From assembly GCA_041305025.1 (NCBI GenBank), contig JBFYMG010000053.1, positions 308-64,307 on the forward strand: DNA of 64,000 bases, written 5' to 3'. The number at the start of each line of letters is the position of its first letter. The first letter of the stretch is position 1. Shown piece after piece: positions 57,768 through 64,000 of the stretch. Origin of the DNA: Thermoplasmatales archaeon (GTDB taxonomy: Archaea > Thermoplasmatota > E2 > DHVEG-1). The notes beneath the pieces are model-generated. The model was not told the DNA's origin, made no database searches, and worked only from the letters and a program-made list of their open reading frames with translations. The position numbers and the translations under genes are program-made.

Positions 57768-57836
57768 AGTGGATTCTATATTGTATTTTGAAAGATTTTT
57801 TAACAGATTTGTATAAACTGATTAAAGGAATTTTCT

Positions 57837-58460
57837 CTAGCTTCGCGGATATTTGGATTTTAAAGGCGGACATGAAATTTCTTGTATCATATCAACGAGG
57901 TATACCATCTTTCCTGCATCACATATGTCAAAACATTCTCTGCAGGACGAACACATATCGGATGCTCCTGGAACTAATGTGACATTGCGATTGACACCAC
58001 GGCCTACGAAACATACCGCATTCTTCTTTTTAATTTCTGCACAATATCTTACACACAGACCGCAAAGGGTGCAAGGTGATTCCGGATTTTCCAATTGTTT
58101 GAAACGGGATTCTGTGATACCATATTGTTTTGCGATGTCAACGTGCGAGCCGCTTGGAGATACAGATAGCAACAACTCGGCAAGCATTTTTCGAATTTTC
58201 TCCGCCTTTTCGGCCTTCGTATTAACGACCAATCCTTCTTCTACAGAATAACAACATGATGCCACAAGTTTTTTCCTATTATTTTTTTCAACTTCCACCA
58301 TGCAAAATCGGCATGCGCCATAGGGTTCGAGTTTGTCATCGTGACAGAGATTCGGAATTGTAATACCTGCCTTTTTTGCTGCCTGGATGATTGTCATTCC
58401 TTCGTCTGCTTGAACCCGCTTACCATCAATCATTAAGGATACACTCTTCATTGTTTTCAC
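57837..58460 (-). CDS. NuoG-N-terminal-like [2Fe-2S]/[4Fe-4S] ferredoxin subunit
   Basis: 207 aa. IDGKRVQADEGMTIIQAAKKAGITIPNLCHDDKLEPYGACRFCMVEV is the typical 2Fe-2S N-terminus of NuoG/HndD/FdhA-type subunits. There is a 4-nt overlap with the NuoF-like gene. Confidence 0.75.
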   Translation of the reverse strand: MKTMKSVSLMIDGKRVQADEGMTIIQAAKKAGITIPNLCHDDKLEPYGACRFCMVEVEKNNRKKLVASCCYSVEEGLVVNTKAEKAEKIRKMLAELLLSVSPSGSHVDIAKQYGITESRFKQLENPESPCTLCGLCVRYCAEIKKKNAVCFVGRGVNRNVTLVPGASDMCSSCRECFDICDAGKMVYLVDMIQEISCPPLKSKYPRS

Positions 58461-60358
58461 CTCTTCGCATTTACTTTTTCAGTAGGGCAATTATTGATTC
58501 CACCAGATGTCTTTAAAACTGCGCTGAATTTACATACATCAAAACAAGTTCCACATTTTATGCACTTTTCGGCATCAATCTTGTGAATGCTCTTTTTCTG
58601 CCCAGATATTGCATCTGTGGGGCAATTCTTAAGACAAAGGCCGCAACCTTTACATTTCTCTGGATCAATGTGATACTGAATTAATCCTTTGCACACCTTT
58701 GCAGGGCATTCACCACGAATATGCGCTTCATATTCATCCCGGAAATATTTTAGTGTGCTAAGAATTGGATTCGGAGCGGTTTGACCTAGGGCACACAATG
58801 ATGCAGTCTGGACAACCTCAGAGAGCTCTTCCAAAAGTTCGATATCTTCTTCCATGGCCCTTCCCGCTGTAATGTCATTCATAATTCGGACCATCTGACG
58901 CAGTCCTTCCCGGCAAGGTATACATTTTCCGCAGGATTCCTCTGACAGGAAATTAACAAAATATCTGGCAATATCTACCATGCAGGTATCTTCATCCATG
59001 ACGATCATCCCGCCAGATCCCATCATGGATCCAACATTGTACAATTCATCAAAATCAACGGCGAGATCAAGATATTTCTCAGGGATGCATCCACCTGACG
59101 GACCACCTGTTTGAACCGCTTTGAGGCGTTTCCCGTTTGGTATACCACCACCGATGTCATAGATGATCTCTCTGAGGGTAACACCCATGGGGACTTCGAC
59201 AAGGCCGGTGTTGTTTACGTTTCCAACAAGTGAAAAAATCTTTGTCCCTGTGCTATTAGGAGTACCCATACTGGCGAACCATTGTGCACCATTGTTGATG
59301 ATGAAGGGTACGTTTGCCCATGTTTCAACGTTATTCAGACATGTTGGTTTATTCCATACACCACTTACTGCAGTATGAACATATTTCGGGCGTGGTTCAC
59401 CAACGCGTCCTTCGATGGCCGACATAAGAGCACTGGATTCTCCGGAGACAAATGCTCCAGCACCTCGATGGACTTTAATCGTAAAATCAAAACCAGAACC
59501 AAGAATGTTTTTCCCAAGAAGGCCATATTCTTCTGCTTGTTTAATCGCCTGTTCTGTGTTTTCCACAGCAAGTGGATATTCTTGACGAACATAGATAAAT
59601 CCTTCATGAGCACCCATTGTATAACCGCCAATGATGAGACCTTCAATGACACTGTGAGGGTTCCCTTCCATTAATGCTCTATCCATAAATGCCCCGGGGT
59701 CTCCTTCGTCGCAGTTCACAATCACATATTTTGATTCACCTGGCGCATTCTTCGTTGTTTCCCATTTACGTCCTGTGGCAAAGCCTCCACCGCCACGTCC
59801 TCGGAGGTTTGATTTTTTAATTTCATTAAGAATCTGATCCGGTTTCATTGTGCAGAGTGCCTTTGCCAACGCATTGTATCCGCCAACAGCGATATAGTCA
59901 TTGATGTTTTTAGGGTCAATTTTTGTATTATTACCCATAACAATTCTGCGTTGATGTTTATAGAATGGGATGTCTGATTCGTTGATGATTTTTTTATTAG
60001 TTTTTGGATCGGTGTATAATAATCTATCAATGATTTTTCCTTGAAGTATCGTTTGATTTACAATATCAGAGACATCAGCGGGTTTCACTTGGATATAGCA
60101 AATACCTTCAGGATAGATGACGACTATGGTTCCTTTTTCACAGAACCCTGGGCAGCCGGTTTCACGGACTTCCACCATTTTATGTAGATTTTTTTTCTCC
60201 AGTTCCTTCTTCATTGTTTCGATTACTTTCGGAGCACCAAGAGCAATACATCCGGTTCCTGAGCAGATGGATATGAAGCGTTTTGTTTTTGTGTCTCGTT
60301 GTTTTTGAAGAGTTTGCCGGCATTGTTCTAAATCCTTTGGTTGAGAAAATTTTGTCAT
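58457..60358 (-). CDS. NuoF-like NAD(P)H-binding FMN iron-sulfur flavoprotein (HydB/HndC-type)
   Basis: An N-terminal thioredoxin-like 2Fe-2S domain, the FMN site RGRGGGGFATGRKWE, a SLBB region and C-terminal 2x[4Fe-4S] (CKGCGLCLKNCP, CIKCGTCFDVC). The start is probably Met20 (60358), preceded by AGGTAGGTGA. Confidence 0.9.
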   Translation of the reverse strand: MTKFSQPKDLEQCRQTLQKQRDTKTKRFISICSGTGCIALGAPKVIETMKKELEKKNLHKMVEVRETGCPGFCEKGTIVVIYPEGICYIQVKPADVSDIVNQTILQGKIIDRLLYTDPKTNKKIINESDIPFYKHQRRIVMGNNTKIDPKNINDYIAVGGYNALAKALCTMKPDQILNEIKKSNLRGRGGGGFATGRKWETTKNAPGESKYVIVNCDEGDPGAFMDRALMEGNPHSVIEGLIIGGYTMGAHEGFIYVRQEYPLAVENTEQAIKQAEEYGLLGKNILGSGFDFTIKVHRGAGAFVSGESSALMSAIEGRVGEPRPKYVHTAVSGVWNKPTCLNNVETWANVPFIINNGAQWFASMGTPNSTGTKIFSLVGNVNNTGLVEVPMGVTLREIIYDIGGGIPNGKRLKAVQTGGPSGGCIPEKYLDLAVDFDELYNVGSMMGSGGMIVMDEDTCMVDIARYFVNFLSEESCGKCIPCREGLRQMVRIMNDITAGRAMEEDIELLEELSEVVQTASLCALGQTAPNPILSTLKYFRDEYEAHIRGECPAKVCKGLIQYHIDPEKCKGCGLCLKNCPTDAISGQKKSIHKIDAEKCIKCGTCFDVCKFSAVLKTSGGINNCPTEKVNAKR

Positions 60359-60365
60359 GCTTTGG

Positions 60366-61181
60366 TCACCTACCTTTTTGTTGTTGGAGTGTTGGTCTTT
60401 GAGCAACAGGTGCAAGTCTTTGTTGTTCTTCAGTCATTGCTAATTCTCCAGTACGATAGCTTGAGAGAATATTGGAAACTTGTGAAGGTGTTAATTTTCC
60501 ATGATATTCATTATCGATCATCATTACGGGCCCTAAAGCACAACAACCAAGACAATTTACACTTTCAAGGGTGAACTTCATATCTGGAGTTGTTTCTCCA
60601 GATTTAATTCCTAAGAACTGTTCTGCGGCATCCAAAATTTTTGGGCCACTTCTGACGTGGCAAGCCGTACCCAAGCATACTCTCACGAAATGTTCTCCTC
60701 TTGGTTCCAAGCTAAAGGCCTTGTAAAACGTGGCGATATGAAGAATCTGAGACATGGGTATATCCAATCTTTCTGAAACCCATAACAGGGCAGACTTTGG
60801 AAGCCAATGGTTTTTCTCCTGGATTTTTAAAAGAATCTGAATTAAAGCACTTTTATTACCGTTGTATTCATCTATGATTTCGTCAACATCGCGTAGCTCT
60901 TGTACCATCTCTTTTATTGATTCTTCTCTCTGTTTTATCCGTTTTAACTCTTTCAGATGGTGTATCGCTTCTTTTTCAAGTTTTTTAAGTTCAACGTTCA
61001 ATGGAGGACGATCAAGGCCTAACGCATAATATTCAGAAAGAATTTCCAAACCACGTAGTAAAATATCTGTTTTACTCAATTCAGAGGTTTTCTGTAAAGT
61101 ATATAAAGCCTTTTTCTGTTCTTCATTTAATCTTACGCCAACAAAGTGGGATTTGGTTTTTTCTTTTTTCATGGAAATCAT
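60366..61181 (-). CDS. NuoE-like [2Fe-2S] subunit with N-terminal ribbon-helix-helix domain and coiled-coil linker
   Basis: 271 aa. The first 50 aa (HFVGVRLNEEQKKALYTLQKTSELSKTDILLRGLEIL) fit a CopG/Arc RHH. The C-terminal part (LIQILLKIQEKNHWLP...ATFYKAFSLEPRGEHFVRVCLGTACHVRSG...CLGCCALGP) is a NuoE/HydC fold. Confidence 0.8.
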   Translation of the reverse strand: MISMKKEKTKSHFVGVRLNEEQKKALYTLQKTSELSKTDILLRGLEILSEYYALGLDRPPLNVELKKLEKEAIHHLKELKRIKQREESIKEMVQELRDVDEIIDEYNGNKSALIQILLKIQEKNHWLPKSALLWVSERLDIPMSQILHIATFYKAFSLEPRGEHFVRVCLGTACHVRSGPKILDAAEQFLGIKSGETTPDMKFTLESVNCLGCCALGPVMMIDNEYHGKLTPSQVSNILSSYRTGELAMTEEQQRLAPVAQRPTLQQQKGR

Positions 61182-61183
61182 CC

Positions 61184-61204
61184 CGTGTTTAACGGTTTAA
61201 CACG
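61184..61204. promoter_or_regulatory. Imperfect 21-bp inverted repeat at the nuoE-like start / divergent promoter region
   Basis: CGTGTTTAACGGTTTAACACG is self-complementary at 18 of 21 positions. It contains the octamer TTAACACG, which is also present in the hdr operator palindrome. It lies 3 nt upstream of the annotated ATG. Confidence 0.4.
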
Positions 61205-61361
61205 ATTTTGTACCCAAAAATTACTAATTCATTAAAAGGATATGTGCGAAATTTTAACCATAATACATACTTTTTAATCATTATCAAGTATTTTCAATAA
61301 CTATTCATCATTTTGGTTACAAAAGAATATATATCCTAATTTCATCTGGGGGAACGATTGT

Positions 61362-61889
61362 ATGGAACGACTGAGTGTATCTTTAAACGAAAAATCACTG
61401 CCAATTATCCAGAAATATTTAGTAAAATACGATACGTCACAAGCTGACATAATCCGTAGAGCACTTGTTTGGATGGACATCATGGAAGAGGCAACTGGAA
61501 AAACTTCTTTAGAAAATATTTTGAAATATGTAGATTACTTAGCAGACAACGAACATTTAATAATCGATATTGCGCACTGGAAAGCAATATTTATTGAGAT
61601 TGGTGAGGGTTCTAAAAATTTTTGGAATGAGGTTTACAAGATAGGAGATTCCCATAGAAAAGAATATTTAGACAGGGGCATTAGAGATGTAAAACAAATT
61701 TTGAAGCATATTGAAAAAACAAACTGGTATAGATTAAAAGAGGATTCTAAAAATAGTTTTACTTTGGTATTGGCAACATTGGAATCAGAAAAATTTATTA
61801 AAACATTTTTTGAAGGATTTTTTAACAAATATCCTCAAAAGGTAGAGATAACAGAAGAGTATATGAAAATCAGAATCAACGTTCGTTGA
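61362..61889 (+). CDS. Hypothetical protein with N-terminal RHH (CopG-like) domain
   Basis: 175 aa. MERLSVSLNEKSLPIIQKYLVKYDTSQADIIRRALVWM fits the strand-helix-helix pattern. The rest is unrecognised. It is divergent from the nuoE-like operon. Confidence 0.55.
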   Translation: MERLSVSLNEKSLPIIQKYLVKYDTSQADIIRRALVWMDIMEEATGKTSLENILKYVDYLADNEHLIIDIAHWKAIFIEIGEGSKNFWNEVYKIGDSHRKEYLDRGIRDVKQILKHIEKTNWYRLKEDSKNSFTLVLATLESEKFIKTFFEGFFNKYPQKVEITEEYMKIRINVR

Positions 61890-61987
61890 TTTAAATTTAG
61901 GAAGCATCAATTTTTTGTTCCATTATACTACTATAGATGACAATATAATAACAATATTGAAATATTGTTTGCACTTTTCCGGGCTTC

Positions 61988-63409
61988 GTGTCTAAAAAAT
62001 CAAAAGAGGGTGCAATAGAAACTATATCTAAGCCGGAAACGGAAGGAGTTAAAACCTTACTTGGTGACCCAAAGAAAGCCATTATCAAGCTTGCCATACC
62101 AATGATTGTAGCAATGGTTGTTCAAACACTCTATAATCTTGTTGATGCCATCTGGGTCTCAGGTCTTGGTGCCGATGCTCTCGCATCAGTTGGTTTTGTA
62201 TTTCCGTTTTTGTTTATGGGTACGGCAATTGCAACAGGACTAGGAATTGGTGGTGGGTCGGCAATATCTAGAAAAATTGGTGCCAAAGACAAAAAAGGTG
62301 CCGATAACGTCGCAGCTCATACTATCATTTTAATGTTCATCATTGCTATAATTTATACTATCCCGCTTTTTGTATTTGCTGAAGATATTTTTCGCATAAT
62401 AGGTGCAGAACAAACAACTCAAACTGCAACACTCTACGCAAGAATAATGTATACTGCAACAGTGATTACTTTCTTCACATTCATAGCCAACGCCATTCTA
62501 AGATCAGAAGGAGACGCAAAAAGAGCGATGTTTGCTATGATTCTGGGTGGAATATTAAACGCGATACTAGACCCCATATTCATCTATATCTTTGGATGGG
62601 GCGTACCTGGTGCTGCCTGGGCGTCTGTAGTATCAATGGTTATCTCAGCTGCATTACTATTTTACTGGCTATTTATGAAAAGAAATACTTATGTTTCATT
62701 TCGTTTTCGTGGTTTTCATTTCAATAAACTCATTATCAAAGATATTTTAGTTGTAGGTTTACCCGCATCAATAATGCAACTATCAATGTCCATTATGATG
62801 CTGATTATGAACGGGATCATCGTCTATGTCAGTGGTACTGATGGGATCGCGGTATTTTCAGCAGGATGGAGAGTAGCAACAATGGCATCGATGCCGCTAC
62901 TGGGAATGGCGACAGCCGTTGTGTCAGTAACTGGCGCGGCATATGGGGCACGCGATTATTATAAACTCGATGTTGCGCATATGTACGCCCTAAAGATAGG
63001 CATTATTATTGAAACATCAATTGCTGTGGTAACATTTATTTTTGCACCAGTTATAACAGCAGCATTCACTCAGTCGGCAGATACGGCAAGGATAGGTAAT
63101 GACATTACAACATTTCTAAGAATAGTCTGTATTTTTTATCCTGCAACTGCCTTTGGGATGCTATCTTCTGCAGTATTTCAAGGCGTGGGAAAAGGATTGT
63201 ATTCACTGATTGTAACTGTGCTACGCACAATTATTTTAACTGCTCCGCTGGCCTGGCTCTTTGCCGTTGTTTTTAACTGGGGTCTTACTGGTGCTTGGTG
63301 GGGCCTAGTAACTGCAAACATTATCGGGGGGGCAGTAACATTTGCGTGGAGCAAGTTGTACGTTAAAAGTTTGAATGGATTTAAAAAACAAGAAATCGCG
63401 ATAAGTTGA
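61988..63409 (+). CDS. MATE-family efflux transporter
   Basis: 473 aa, 12 TM-type segments. LAIPMIVAMVVQTLYNLVDAIWVSGLG is the typical MATE N-terminus. GTG start. Confidence 0.9.
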   Translation: MSKKSKEGAIETISKPETEGVKTLLGDPKKAIIKLAIPMIVAMVVQTLYNLVDAIWVSGLGADALASVGFVFPFLFMGTAIATGLGIGGGSAISRKIGAKDKKGADNVAAHTIILMFIIAIIYTIPLFVFAEDIFRIIGAEQTTQTATLYARIMYTATVITFFTFIANAILRSEGDAKRAMFAMILGGILNAILDPIFIYIFGWGVPGAAWASVVSMVISAALLFYWLFMKRNTYVSFRFRGFHFNKLIIKDILVVGLPASIMQLSMSIMMLIMNGIIVYVSGTDGIAVFSAGWRVATMASMPLLGMATAVVSVTGAAYGARDYYKLDVAHMYALKIGIIIETSIAVVTFIFAPVITAAFTQSADTARIGNDITTFLRIVCIFYPATAFGMLSSAVFQGVGKGLYSLIVTVLRTIILTAPLAWLFAVVFNWGLTGAWWGLVTANIIGGAVTFAWSKLYVKSLNGFKKQEIAIS

Positions 63410-63889
63410 TTATTTTCTTTTTTCATCAAAAATTTTGGTTATTTCATTTTTCAAATTCAATGTAAGAGATGAAACTGCCTTTTGTAATTCCGGTGAAAGA
63501 TTATCCCCCTGTGATGTATCCTTTGGTTGAACGCCAAATATAAAAAGTTCATCTGGAATCTCGCCCAGCTCTTTTGAAAGATTTATTATTTTCAAAATAT
63601 CTGACTCGTGCGTTGAAATATTTATAGATGACTTTTTACTGCACACGTCCTCTGATTTGAAAAGTTTTGACTCACCCGGTTTTTCATTTAGGTTTACTGC
63701 ATCTATAATTAATGCAACATCAAAAAGAGCAAGAATGTGAAGAAGATTCATCCCCCCTGTACCGCCGTCAATGTATTCTATAACTTCTGGCAAATCGCTC
63801 TTTTTTTCAATGAGTTTTTCTAAAAGAACTATGCCGATGCCGTCATCTCTTCTCAACGGATTTCCTACACCAATGATACCTGCTTTCAT
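63410..63889 (-). CDS. Hydrogenase maturation endopeptidase (HycI/HyaD/FrhD family)
   Basis: 159 aa. MKAGIIGVGNPLRRDDGIGIVLLEKL and the DGGTGG motif. It is directly downstream of a [NiFe] hydrogenase large-subunit 3' end. Confidence 0.85.
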   Translation of the reverse strand: MKAGIIGVGNPLRRDDGIGIVLLEKLIEKKSDLPEVIEYIDGGTGGMNLLHILALFDVALIIDAVNLNEKPGESKLFKSEDVCSKKSSINISTHESDILKIINLSKELGEIPDELFIFGVQPKDTSQGDNLSPELQKAVSSLTLNLKNEITKIFDEKRK

Positions 63890-63904
63890 AGTATCAATTC
63901 ACAG

Positions 63905-64000
63905 TTATACAAATTTTACATCAAGGTAATGTGTGGAGCATGAGATACATGGGTCGTATGCACGCACAAGCATCTCTAGTGTTAATTCTATTTCTTTTGG
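63905..64000 (-). CDS. [NiFe] hydrogenase large subunit, C-terminal end (partial, runs off the window)
   Basis: The minus-strand translation is ...KEIELTLEMLVRAYDPCISCSTHYLDVKFV*. It contains the DPCxxCxxH nickel-site motif plus a short cleavable extension. Confidence 0.8.
   Translation of the reverse strand, partial: PKEIELTLEMLVRAYDPCISCSTHYLDVKFV

Noticed and set aside
1-64000. CRISPR arrays, transposases, integrases, rRNA genes and obvious defence-system genes
   Set aside because: I found no regularly spaced direct repeats of 25-40 nt in any intergenic gap. All gaps are shorter than 310 nt. No ORF has nuclease, integrase or transposase motifs that I could recognise.

Overview
This is a gene-dense, low-GC segment that reads as archaeal chromosome. 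The archaeal markers are HdrABC plus MvhD, a form III RuBisCO clustered with AMP phosphorylase and ribose-1,5-bisphosphate isomerase, TATA-like promoter elements and poly-T terminators. I saw no rRNA, intact tRNA, CRISPR array, transposase or integrase. The gene content fits an uncultured anaerobic, protein-degrading sediment archaeon, but the lineage cannot be fixed from this window.

Layout:
- 1-3.8 kb: etfB-etfA, a small Cys-rich ORF, and a 4-hydroxybutyryl-CoA dehydratase family gene.
- 3.8-6.5 kb: a small HEXXH protein, an orphan GC-rich structured RNA, an ArsB/NhaD-type permease and a UPF0016 cation transporter.
- 6.7-21.6 kb: an island of secreted or anchored proteins. It holds a frameshifted Asp-box lipoprotein, three C25 gingipain-like peptidases, an S15 CocE/NonD hydrolase, a seven-blade FG-GAP propeller and a chagasin-family inhibitor. 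Interspersed are a radical SAM enzyme, a nitroreductase and a CBS-HPF fusion.
- 21.7-26.1 kb: an aminotransferase, two overlapping small paralogs and a P-type ATPase.
- 26.2-39.5 kb: a 13-kb minus-strand hdr super-operon. Its order is hdrC, hdrB, hdrA, a 1505-aa HdrA-GltD-HdrA fusion, mvhD, a FrhB-like gene, a duplicated HdrC-like gene and a 1015-aa double HdrA.
- 39.6-44 kb: tRNA-3'-end-like direct repeats and pstSCAB plus an AbrB gene.
- 44.2-49.2 kb: a deacetylase, a Pat-type acetyltransferase and a GNAT.
- 49.3-51.8 kb: an AbrB-led ABC-2 exporter.
- 52-55.6 kb: the AMP-salvage RuBisCO operon.
- 55.7-64 kb: a CorA-like gene, an Lrp-RAM gene, a NuoE/F/G-like flavoprotein operon whose NuoE subunit carries an N-terminal RHH domain, a second RHH protein, a MATE transporter, a hydrogenase maturation protease and the 3' end of a [NiFe] hydrogenase large subunit.

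Best leads:
- The multi-HdrA operon and its palindromic operator.
- The RHH-NuoE fusion, which carries a related inverted repeat at its own promoter.
- A C-terminal module plus tail shared by unrelated secreted hydrolases.
- The orphan structured RNA at 4435-4545.

All calls come from by-eye motif recognition. No searches or computations were run.
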